A stretch of 64,000 nucleotides of DNA, from positions 18,104,001 to 18,168,000 of the forward strand of contig NC_135261.1 in the NCBI RefSeq assembly GCF_964204865.1, given 5' to 3'. This DNA is from Styela clava (taxonomy: Eukaryota). Positions 11,651 through 25,100 of this stretch are shown in pieces. The stretch's first letter is position 1; every line of letters starts with the position of its first letter. Both the position numbers and the translations under genes were made by a program. The notes beneath the pieces are model-generated. The model had not been told where the DNA came from and did not search any database. It saw nothing but the letters and a program-made list of their open reading frames with translations.

Positions 11651-14600
11651 GCGCTTCGCCGATATTGAAGAACTTGTGATTTTTGCGTCGCAAGATTAAA
11701 AAATCAGAAGCGCTTGGCGGGATTTAGGATGAAATATCAGATACCATAGGATTCATAGAAAATTTAAGAATAAGTTGAAGTAACAGACTTCTAGCAAAAA
11801 ATACATTGAATCCATTGAAAAGTTCGAAGCAATTGGTCCAGTAGGTAATGAGAAAAGCTGTTTTTTTTATATGCTAACGACAAGAAGAAAAATCCTAACA
11901 ACAACGACGTAATCACAAAACAATTCATAGGCAAACTTCAATATGAATAAATGTATGCAAAATTATGCATCTGCATTTGACGTCGTTGTATGGTTGTCAT
12001 GGGAATTTGTGATCCGCTGCCGGCGATAGCACATAAATTATTACTCTGAGTCTCATAAAAGTCAATATGTGAGTACGCTTCATTGAACTCTCGGATTTGA
12101 GACGGGGCGCGTTCATCAGAACAACAAAAAATTGTAAGTTTGCATTGGTCGATAACACGCGGGAGTCGATTACAGAGAGTTGTTTACGAAAAAAACGAGA
12201 GAATATTAGAGCAAGGTTGATTTTCCATTTGATCAATAACATGATGAAAACATATTGATTGTCGACGACCATAATGATCCGGAATGTTCTGCACTCTTGG
12301 GTTAGATGCATTTATTTATTTTCTAGAGCAGATATGTGTGCAGATGATAGGTAATACTTGTCGAACTTGAGAATAAAAAGTAAGAGAATATAACTGATAA
12401 TTTTTACAAGGAAAGAAAAAATGCTTAAATGAGATAATTGCGGGTCGTCTAATTGCCGAAAGTCGCTGGGCGTCGGGATTATTGGTTTTGTTTCCTATTC
12501 GTAAACAGGTGCGAGTCAGGTAAGCAGGCCTATATAAAGTTTAACAAACGCTATACTTCTTTCAATTCAAAAGAACAATATCGCAATCGGCTTGAAAATC
12601 TTATCGAGACAAAAAGACAAACATGAAACAACAATCTTAATACGTGTTATCTACGCATCGAAATCGCAAATTTATAGTAACTGCTACGCAAAAGACATTG
12701 GTGAAACACATGTAAACCTAGAGGGGAGTTACGCATGCCTGATATAGGCTATAGTATTTATACAGAAGTTGACACATATCATCAAGGATAAAAATAAATG
12801 CGAAACCGTTGACGAAATACTATCTGCACCATCAAAGTGAGAATGTTATCCGTATCCGCCTGCGATACGCATTAGCAACTTTATGTTATGTTGGATATGA
12901 CACGAACATCTGTACTGGCAGACTTGTTGTCGACGAGATTTACTCGAAAAATAGAAGGCTATGTGGATAGACTTGTGGTGTACCTTATATGAGAATGTGT
13001 TGGGAGAGTAAATAGAATTTTGCAGTGACATGGAATTCTGACAGACATTGAAAACATGAACAATTCTGGACAGAAGTAAATCTATTAGAAGCATCGACAG
13101 CCGCATGGGAAATTATTTATCGTTTAGTTTAGAGTTAAACTGACGCTGGTATCACTTATAACAGGCACTTAAGTTCGTAAGAGTCAGTAAAAAAACTGAA
13201 TGATAGAACAATTGTGAGTGTTGACAAAAGTCAGCATGAAATAATTTTTATGCGACATCAACGAGCAGTTATTCTAATGGATTTCCGGTTATTTTGGCAT
13301 TAATTATGTGCGGGCGCGTGTCAGGACATTACTTTTGAAATTCAATCCCATGTTTAGAATACCGCAGGCGCCACAAAAGCACAAATTTATTCAAGATTAC
13401 CGTGATTTTCCGTTGTTCTTCCGGCAGTAGGCTATTTGGTCAGTATTTGGACAGTAGGTTATTTGGTCAACTATGGGCTACTTCAAGGAATGGCTTTTGA
13501 TTGGTGGATATTAAATATAAATAACAGAGTTTATTATTTTATTCAAAATAATGATAGTGTACTTGATAACTGTAACAATCCGAGTGTCCTATTCTTCATT
13601 AGTTTGAAGGGGTCATGAAACCCATGGCCGAGATTAGAATATGTTATTTTTGTTAGTTGAAGGCGAGGTTCCTCATCTCAGAAAGGATTGTTGTTTTCGA
13701 CAGGTTAAGAAGCCGTGCGTACTCAACGACCAATATTATGTTTGTTTAAGGCCACAGGCAGCATTTTACTATTGGTTTAGTACAACCAGCTTCGATTTTT
13801 GTTTAAAGATGTTTTTAAATACACATTCCAAGTTTAATAATATGCCCAAGTTTAATAGTTCGTAGATATTTTTGGTTTCTCGGGAAATAACAAACAATCA
13901 GCAGCCGGGAAATGGTAAACAGGACAAATACGTGAGCAAGAAATTTTTTTGAAGCAAAAATCAGCTAGCATGTTTTAAATAAATAATAAATATTTCAGTT
14001 GTTAATTTGCTCTGTTGACCAAGTGCACGCCAACATAATTGATGCGTTAACTCATACGAGGTATTATTATTGATTGTAAAATTTTCGGATATAACTTTGC
14101 CTCACATACAAGCGTATGGAAATCAAAACATTGGTATTTGTTGGATCTGTGATAAAACAAGTTTGCCCTGGGGATGAATAAGAACATTGGTCGATATCTG
14201 ACTCACAAACGACAACACAATCTCTACTCTGCCGTGTCGACAAAAACACGTTGCTTGATCAATGTATCGTAACATGAGAAGGCTGGGGTGCTTTAACTGA
14301 AATGATTTATATGACAGCCGTAATGTAATTTAACATACTAACTACTAAGTCAGATGATCCGGCTAAGGCTAAACGTATAACAAATGAGCCCAAGTTTCCT
14401 AAATTGGCGTCTATTTCTGCGTACAGAGCAGTTGTTTACCAGGCATTACAGACACATCAGGGTTTATTATGTTATTATACGCACTGTCGTAATGAGTGAG
14501 TTATTCGCGGTCGTATAGTAACAATAGGCACAACGAATAAGACTAACCTAACGAAATTGATGCTATATTACTACGCAAGTAACGTACAGTTTAGAAGTGT

Positions 14601-15578
14601 TAATCAATGGGCATGCACGATAAATTTGTAATGAACTCGCGGGAGTCTAGCCGAGCTAGTATAAAGTTACGTTATTGTAAAAGGAGCTAGTCCTCGCACC
14701 TCCTATGCTTCGTATTTTAGAATGGATAAAGATGCAATATTCGTAGAATTTTTGTAACAGTTGTTTTAAAGGTGTTGAGGAGATGTTTTAGTAAATTAAA
14801 TACCAGCGCTCATTGTCTACATTTACTAATGGATATTTATATGATGTCGGAAATATTCGCTAATTTTAGAAAATTGACAACCCCATTGGTCAAAAAACTA
14901 CCTATTTTATTTATTCTCGTTTGACTTATATTTCAATGATTTCAGATAAAAATCCTTCTCCACCAAAGCTAACTAAATACTCCAGTCACACCGTCGCTTG
15001 ACTATGAAACTTGACGACAGCAGGAAGAATTAGCGGGGGTGTTTATGTAACTGACTCATATCGGTATTTTGTATGACGGAAATACTATGTTTTGTTGCAT
15101 AATGATTTGCCAGAGTGTACTTGGTTATATCTAATAAGTTTAGTGGTAAGTTGTTCCACAGAACAGTTTTTTTTAATAATGCATCAACTCAAAGGGAAAT
15201 TTCAAAAATACAGCTGTCTTAAAGTCATTTTGTTCAATGGAGACATGTGGGAAAACGGTCTGTAATCTACATTGAAAGGGAGGACAGGGCCATACGTCGT
15301 GCACCTCACGAAACGTCAAAAAGTCTCCATTTCTTTACGTGAATATATGCCAAAAAAATCTGATTTTTAATTACACATGTCTGGACGCTGTACTTTTAAT
15401 ATTCATAATTACATTTTCAAGCAGAGTTGTAGATTCTAATACATGTTTTTAATCGAAATATTTTATCCGTTCCTGTGAGTGACTATTAGCCAAGGATTAT
15501 CATAATCAAGGGATATAGCTGTTCACTGATTTACTAATGTTACCACCTGGCAGATAATACTTGCCAGTTATATTCAAT

Positions 15579-16134
15579 ATGGACATATTATGCGAAAGAG
15601 AAAGATGCATACGAAAGAATTGGAAAGCGGCAAGAAGGCGTATACAGTGCAGTACAACACATTGTTCTAGAACTGATCATATTACATCACGGAAAAAATT
15701 TGCAAGAACACATAACATTTTTATAAAAGATTCTATTATTTTCATGCCGTGCTTGGTCATAATTTTAATGTGTTATTTCGAACTTCCCGCTTCTGCAGCC
15801 AGAATCAATGAAAAGAATTTTCAAAATGAATTGAGTAACGTTTTGGCATCTGAACCACAATCAGATCGTTGGAGACGGAGAATTCGTGCCATGGGCGCGG
15901 AAAATATCATAAATCAAAATCGCATCAACGAAAGGGTAAAGAGATCAGATGAAGATGCAAGCGATTCTTCGATTGGTATAGGATACCCTAACCCTGAAGA
16001 GATAAGAGAAGATTGGCTTTACCAAGACAATTATACCAACAAAGCTTACGGCGATTATGATATGGATATTTTGAACGATACTAATGGAGACGGGGAGTTG
16101 AATATGATTATTAAAAAGTTATATTCCGGGCCAG
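15579..16134 (+). CDS. INSR: InR exon 1: signal peptide and N-terminal extension
   Basis: Long ORF with hydrophobic [18 protein letters not shown]. Ends KKLYSGP|gtactt (phase 1) and joins exon 2 as LYSGPVC (cf. human HLYPGEVC). The start could instead be ATG 15744. Confidence 0.82.
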
Positions 16135-19100
16135 GTACTTTCTTTCTATATTTTTAAGTTTCTTAATATGGTTGTTTTAGAATAAACTTTAGTATTTAAT
16201 TTAATTTTATGGGGGCTTATCGAATCAAGCGAGTAAATAGGTTGTTTTAAGATTTGCGCTGTAACTACCTATCCTTCTTCTATATATAAATATAGCTGTG
16301 TTAGTGTGCAGCAAGGCTCTTGAATCACATAGAAATGTTTTGAGATAATGCCATTATTTTGTGCGTATCAAATTTTTTCAGAAACTTTCGAAACAAATAT
16401 TACACTTTATATATATAGGCACGTTCAGTCATCTACGGCAGGGCTACTCAAATAGTTTAACCGAAGGTCCGTTTAGAAAACTTTAAAATTACTGGGGTCC
16501 GGACATTACAGAATATTTTCCCATTAAATAAACGAAACGTTAAATAATGACTCGCAAATATAAACACAAATGTCGCATATTAGCACCAGTACGACAAACT
16601 GTATAGCTGTGCATTTAAATTGTATCAAAATCATCTGAAAGTACCTAACGGTGCTTATGCTGCTAAAACAAACAAGCAGACGCGATCCAAATTAAATGGT
16701 CGAAAGGTCCGGATTCGGACCGCGGTAGGCCAGATGAGTAGACCTGATATACGGTTTCATTAAGGACACATTAATGATGTTTTTGGCATTCTTGGTTGGT
16801 GAAATATTAAAAACATTATAGAGGGGTGTCGAAATGACCCAGGGACACCCGAGACACCCCATTTTCTAGGTCTGTAGGGTTTCCATTGATGCCATTTCTA
16901 ATAACTATTTCTATTTGTTGGGTTGACAAATAGAAAAAAATGGCCGACAATATGAATTGTTATGATCGCAGTAAATAATAAAGCAATAAGAAGATTGAGA
17001 TTGATTTATGGATTTATTTTAATTGCATACCACATGGTTGAAGAACGTAAACAATACAAATGACGATCACGGGTCAATAATGCGATTGTGGAACGTAGTA
17101 AATGTGGTGGAGTGAGATATTTGTGTATTCTGCGATCAAAGTATTTTCCCGTTTAGCCGAGCATCGTGCGCGTGAAAATAGGAGTCCACCATACCACAAA
17201 TTTCTTTTATCATGAGCTGTTAACAGTATCAATACGACAGTATGTCACAAGTTGCTGTTGATTGAATTCTTATTGTCGATTATCCAATTTAAAATGATCT
17301 ATTTTAACCATTTATACTCGTTTAAATTCTTGTTATCAACTCCCGGCGTCTATAGTACCATGGACACTTAATTATGCCTGTTCGACAATTTCTTATTTAA
17401 AATTCAGGCAGAAATACTTTTCCATCTATTTTAGGAACGGATGCTGAATTTAGCGTTGAAATTTTATTTTTAAACAGTCGCGAATAAATCTTAATGCTAA
17501 TGTATTTGTTTATTTAATTATAAATAAAAATTATAACATTTTTCCCAACGCCAACCCCGTTTGACCCTTCTCTATAGTATTAAAAGTGCATCCTTAGTTA
17601 CAATTATAATTCATTTTTTAATACTGGTGTGAGAAATACCGTAATACTGACCGATGCGCTTTTCATTTATAAAATTTCCATATCCTTGCGATACATTTTC
17701 TAAAAACTTGAGATTCTGAACATTTATTATTGAATCAGTTTCGCAGAAGATATTTTTACCAATGGTAGGGGCGACAATTTATACTATTATACTAGAGTCT
17801 GTACAGAAACGAAATACTGTACTATAATCTGTTATTGAAGATTATTTCAAAATAACAATTTCAATTATTTTACTTATGTTGAAATGTTTTTTCAAAGGCA
17901 TCAATTAATTGATTAAAAACATTTTACAAGTTGAACAAGCTTTTCTTGAACTTTCAAGTTGAGGCAAAAATTCCATCACTCTCGTTTGAGTTTTGTAATC
18001 GCATATTCTTGTTTCTTTATAATCTTGTGATTCAGATAATTACAAGGATACAAAAACGATTTCTTGCCTCCGGGTATGATAGATCAAGCTCGCGTACGCC
18101 GCGGTAGCAATTTTAAACAAGACTCATTTCCATTTTTCATATGAAATTAAGGATTATCCTTGTAATCTCATTGCGTTCATGCGATTTTATTACTTTTTGT
18201 TGTACCAAGCATGGGGAGATGGATGAAATAACACTGTGTTATCAATTTATGCTTGGCCATTTTGAGTATGATTGATCACATATTAGAAATTGATCAGATA
18301 AACTGCAAATGATCATCAGTCGATAATATTCTGTTTTTTTTTTATTGGCAGTAAGACCCAAAAAATTCTGCAGTGTCGGCCTTGGGTTGATCAGGCCTTA
18401 AAGCCGTGGTCTCCAGTCTGCCTGTATTTTAGCGATATAATAGGAAACGGCCCTTTCCACAAGGGCTTTTTTAGGCCTACACTACTGACAAGACCAGTGC
18501 CTAACGCCTAAACTCAACCGATTTACCCGTAATTGGGATATTTATATATATTTTTTGTTTTCAGTATGTGCTCTTGTGGATGTCAGAAATTCTCCGGACA
18601 ATTTGAGCGACCTGGAAAACTGTACTGTTGTCAATGGTTTTGTTCAAATTATTTTTATGCACAACTCCAAAGAAAGTGATTTTGAGAAGTAAGAAATTTA
18701 TTTGGTTTGTACCGGTAGCATTTGTAGTGTATTTTTGCGTTTGTGTAAATCAGGAAGCAATGGTCCAAATCACTCTACATTATTGTGACGCAATGCAGAT
18801 TGTATTTACCCGTTTATTGCTGAAAACTTCCCGCTTTGTCGATTGCATAATGCAAACTTGATAGCGACATTGTCCTGTATGATTCGTACCAATGTTTTAG
18901 TGTAAACTTAGGTTGCTAATAAATCAGTGTCGTCTATAAATTTTTGTTGCAAGAAAAGTGCTCTGTCATCCAAGTTCACGGCACTAAATTTTTATTCCAG
19001 CCACCAATCATGGATCACTGATATAAAAAGATTACGGTATATGCGACTCATATATGGCCCCAATTTCTCTTTTCTAATGCACTTTGAACGTGTGGTTTGA

Positions 19101-22100
19101 GTAGTATATTGTTGTTAACATAAATAGGATTTTAATACTGGGAAAACGCAAACTTATCGCGGATAATCCTAACTTATTTATTTTGTGAAAGTGTGTGAAG
19201 AAAATCACCACTTGTACAATTATTATTAACTCGGATCGGGGAAGGATCGAAATAACAGGAATCAAAATTCTCATCGCTAACCGCACCGTCACAACATCGC
19301 TATAATCCGATGGAGCATTGATAGAGCATTGCAAATACGTCATTGTACATTATAAACTCCTGATTTATGTCGAGATTTCAATCTAAATATATTTTCATTC
19401 CCCGCTATAAAGGCCACTAGTTTACAAAGTATATACATGATCAGTTCAAACATAGTGAATTACTTCTTCGACACTCCAAGAGGATACTGTATCGCCACCG
19501 TCTACCGTTTAGCCGTTGAAAAGCAGCCCTTACAGTATATTTGCAGCTGCAAATATTGTCATTAGTCCCATAGCAATAATAACTTATACCACTAAGCTTA
19601 AAACCAGAAAAAATCCATCCGAAATGTAGCAGTAAAAAATACTTCAAAATAGCAAAGCACTACAGTTCATGATTGGTTTAGTCTCTATTGCCATATGAAG
19701 GTGTTTGTAGATATAGACCACAAAGGTAAATACTGACTTTCGAGTCGGCGGTGCCAGATTATTATTAATAAACAAACCTTCGAACTTACCGTTTTTATAT
19801 TTTCAAAATGAAAAACAGATCTCTGCATGGTAGTAACCAAACCATGACCCTGGCATGTACTATACCGGATTAAGATTATTCAAATTTTAGTCGAAAAAAT
19901 ACGCAGAATTATTCCTATTATTTTAGTATGACGAAACCATTTTTTTCTACACAGGCATTGGATTTGTCACACCTTTTCTTAGAAACCTCTTGCTTTTTAT
20001 ACAATAATATAATTTAGGATAAAAATATGTCTTTCATTATGAGCTGTAATCTAATGTAAAAGGTGCGCGATTCCAAAGGTGTGATAGTTAATTAACACAG
20101 TAGGAGCTTGTTTACTAAACACGACAGACACAGAAGCCTAACATTCAAAATTAACGTCATAAAGAAGACTTATGCGGCTTTGATTTAAAAGTTGTCGTGT
20201 TCTATCGATATCGGTTTATTCATTTTTGGTCGTCTGTCATATGTGATGTCAAGGATTGTTTACTATGAAACACTGTAAATATTAGATTTATATTTGGTGT
20301 TTGGTCGAACAATACTATGCTGACGTGGCAATCAGAACTAGAAACATTATGGTCTGACTCTGCTCACCGCAGCATAGTAAGATTGAAATATTCAATGAAT
20401 TTGTAGCGAGACTTTTCGAAAACCCGAACCGAGTATCTATCTAATCATGCAACAAAAATTACCATAGAGACAGAAATAACGAGTTACGTGTTACACATTG
20501 TTATTATTATACGTCGTTAAGTGTGGAACTAATTAGGTACCTGGGGGGTTATAGAGCATCGTCTCGGGGCTGAAATAAAGCTGCCGAGTTTGCTGGCACC
20601 CCGGGTATATGGCGTGCTGCTAGCGTTATGCACTGTTCGGTCATTTCGAATTTCCGTCATTTTTAGACCGTTTCAAAAAGTTCCGAACCAATTTGGCTCC
20701 AAGCCTTTGATTACCAGCCATGCATGCACCCGTCCTTAGCACCATTCGGCTTGTCTGCAATATGTATGCTATTTTAGCATTTCAGCTGTCACTGTGATCA
20801 TATTAGGCAATAATTTGGCGAAAACTCTTCAGTATCATTAGATGAGTAAAGTTTGCTTTATCTGCACTGCAGAGTTTTTTCTGATAATCTAAATTGGCAC
20901 CATCACATTAGCTCTACTTTGATGCTATTGGGTATCTCCTTGTAAATATCCGTATATCGCAATATACTACATCCCGCATGATCTCAAGGGTATATAAGAC
21001 CATCATTAATTTCTATGTTGATGGACTGATGGTTGACTGATGCCAGTCCGATGTCAGGACTCATCAGTTGACTTAAAATAATGTAATACTGTTTCTTCGG
21101 ACAATGCTTTTCCAAATTGTGTTACATAATTTCGAGCGCGCCGCAGAATTGCAATTCATTTTCCACAAAATTACTTATTTTTACATATCCGCTCACGTTT
21201 ATTTTATTTATACCGCCCGGAACAAGGCGATATTGAACATTCAACCCCGGATTGGTTGTTTATATGCACAACTGTCTCATTAATTTATTTGCATAATATA
21301 AACTTTTCTTTTATACAAAAATGTCTTTCCAATGCGTCGCGAATTGTATTATAGAAATTAAATGCATTGTAAGTTTGACAGCTTTTGGGACCTATGTTTT
21401 ATACTGATCCATTTATAATGCTTTTGATTTCTGGAACAACGATTCTCAAAAATAGTTTTGTAATTTGCTTGTTTTTATTTTATAAATTCAGTCGCCCGGC
21501 AATTTATTGATTTTATCTCGTCATAATCAGGCGGGAGTGTCGAAAAAATAATGTAGTTTAAAAACGTGACATTTATCGGAAAGTTTGTAACCTATTTACC
21601 CTATTTGTAACATATGATACTGCTGAAAGCAAAAATGTGAGATAATATTGTGTTACGCAATGAACATGATTGACATTTGTTCTGTGACACGTGTTTTTGT
21701 TTAAAAATGAGAAAATACTGTCATCAATTTTTGAGCTAAATACAATTTCTTATATTTAGATATACATTTCCAAAACTTCGTGTTATTACGGAATATCTAC
21801 TTGTCTATCGTGTGTATGGACTTCGTTCCTTGAGAAAAATGTTCCCCAATTTGGCTGTGATTGGTGGAAGACGAATGTTCTACAAATATGGAATGGTTAT
21901 TTATGAAAACCCACAATTACAAGAGGTAAGCTAAACACCACACATGGTGAAGTAAATTCGTTTCAGGGGTGAAAACATAAAACAACGATATTAGCGCTCT
22001 AGGCAAACATACCTTATGTATGAAAAGCTAACTTGTGTGTGAATTTAATGATATAAATGTCATCTACCAGGAGCCCAGGATAGGTATAAAATTTCAAGCA

Positions 22101-25100
22101 GAATATTAGAATATGCTTTAAAGTTTAAACTAATGAAAAGTATTGGTTGGTATATCGAATGTTATTTTGCAACAAATATTTTTATTTTCGATTACCTTCA
22201 CGCCCTCTCAAAAAATTGTCTACGCCCCTTTGTGGGCCACGTTCGAGAACCACTGTTCTAGAGAATTCAAATAAAAGTCAGTTACAGAGTATTCAGATAC
22301 TGACTCTCAATATTGAACTGTTTATTTAGAGACAAGCATTTCTTTAATCGGCACGGTCTAAAAACAGAAAACTATCGAATTCCACGGCCAGAACAATTTA
22401 TGTTGATTATTTCAAAAACAGAATACTGTAATCCATTTCTACAATTTCTCGTTCATTTGTATTCATTCTCGTAATCATAAGTTGGTGTTTTCCAAATTTC
22501 CCCTAAATTGACAGTTAGGTAAATCTTCTTTAGGTAAAAAGTTTTTTCAAGTATAGACCAAAGATGGAGAGCGTCTCTAAGACGTGGTTCATTTAGGACG
22601 ATTCTATGTAGCTCAAAATACGATCTTATTTGGGTACTTCCATAGTATGTGAACCAAGATGACGGACACCGGAACGTAGTATATGTACCAAGTTAGGGTT
22701 AGGCCATAATTTCAGGTCAAGTACTACGGGAGTCACTTGACTAGTCCCCGAACTCGTAATAGAACTAAAATAAGGAAAATTGGAATATAATTATGGCCTA
22801 ACCCTAACCTGGCACACATACTCCGTTCCGGTGTCCGCCATCTTGGTTCACATACTACGGGAGTACCCTTACCTGAGGTTAGGGAACTGAACAATACCGT
22901 GTGCCGTACAGCTGAAACAAAAATATCGTCATTATTGTGTTGTTTTCATGCGTATCGATGTGGTTGCATTCTCAGGAAAGGTTCACCAAATTTCGTCATT
23001 CCGTTTCTCGTGGCGTATTTAAGTTCTAAATCTTTATTTTCCTGCCCATTCACATTACATTATGGTTAGGTTTATATTGTTTGCGAAATTAAGCTATAAG
23101 ACCCATTTTAACATAACTTCAAGTTGTAAGGACAGCAATTTTGATAAATTTGGCTCCTTCTCATATGCATTTTATGTTTGATACAACTTGCAGTTTTTTG
23201 AACGGGAACTGTTTTGATTGTGAAATACATACGCATATGTATTATTATACCACATATTTCTTTGAGGGCTGTTCAATTCAATTTTTTTATTAGATTAAAA
23301 CCTTATTCGTGTTTTATAAATACGCAAATCCATCTAATTTACGCATTAAAGCGTAAGTATATCCATATCAATTTGTTTATCTGATTCGATACAAAATAAG
23401 ACCAGACAAATGTAGGGTTGTCCTCTTTAAAGGATTTTTTGGTAATTAGCATTGTATAAAACATAGAATTAACGTCTCCGAGAACTTGTTTTTTACACTA
23501 CTGCAAAATAAAGTTTCCGTTTCAGAGTGTTATTGATTGATCTCATTATTTCAGCTTGGTTTGGGAAGTCTGCAACACATTGCAAGAGGGGGTGTCCGAA
23601 TCCAGAAAAACAACAAACTATGCTATCTCGACACTGTGGACTGGAAACGCCTTGGAATGGTAATATTGAATATACCAAGTATACACAATATGTAAAAAAT
23701 ATAATACGTACATATACGTACTCTGTCACCTACGAATGATGCGTACCACAACTTGCTTGTTTATGTTCTTGCTTTGAGATAATACTTATGATAAAAAAAA
23801 TTATATTATATTTTTAAATCGGGGCTTATATCAATCGAGTATACGCTAAGTAATATTTTTCTTTTGCCGTAGTCAGCAGTTCCTATTTTAATGTCAGGTG
23901 ACGTCATATGAATAATACCCAATATCTCGTGACGTTATAATCTACGTCATACTGCTGCTTATAGTATGAAAATAACTAGGAAGAAAAAAATATTACGGAG
24001 AATATCCTTACTTTTTTAGCATTCGAATATTGTCGATCGAAACCGCCTTCAGTAAGAGAGTGAACACTTTAAAATAAAACTCATATATTTCTCATGTACA
24101 AATTTATCATAAAAATGATTAGGAACACTTTTTGTGATTGACATGGACAGATTTAGCAACACTATACTTGGAAAAGTCTCTTAAAATGTCTCATGTGTTA
24201 AGTATTGTTCGACTTATACGTGCGAAACACAGAAGAATGAAACGCATAAATAAAGCACAAATCTTCAAAGGTATTTTCTTTTTACCCTTCGGCAAATTAC
24301 ATGAGATAATCCGATGTTCCACATCTTCTGATCTTGTGCGATTTGCTACCCTTAACTCATTGCGTTTATCAAAACTTCGTTATATTTTTGTACATCATGT
24401 TAAGTCAATGTAATGTAAACAATACCAAATTTTTTAAACAAGCTAAAATTATATGTGACATAATGGCTTGTTTTGTTCTAAATCCAAAACATTTCTCCAA
24501 GCATATTTATAAAATATAGCATAATTATGATATAAATTGAATTTAGTTATTTTTTCTTCCATGGATTCAATTTTCTTACAATATTACTGGAAACGGTATC
24601 CCCAAAATTACCGTAAATTCAACTTCATGAAATTTCAATTTTTTAAAAACTTCTATGAAAGGGGAATTTCAAAACATTTGCGTCATGTAAAAGGAGAAGC
24701 TGCACTTTGCTGGTGTAAAATTTCTCCTCAAGACCTCGTTTCGCTCTGTTGTTTCTTTCCTACTATAAAAAAAATAAAGAATAACGTCTTGTGCCTATGT
24801 CAACACCTATAATTTTTTACAACAAGCGCGCAAAATATATACCCCGAATAAGTTTAAGCTGATTTTTATCAATTTATATATAAATGAGATGGGATTTCAC
24901 CACACATTGCACTCTGAACCACATGCGAAAATTTCTGTCTCACGGTTGACTGAACATTTTATATTTTATTTGCGTTCATTGCTGCGATGTTTGCCATTAA
25001 TATAAAATATTTGGCCCTCATTCCACCAACCAATATGGTCGCTGATTGAATTCACTAATTTTTATAATTATTACTGGGAATTCTTAGATCCGCCTGAATA

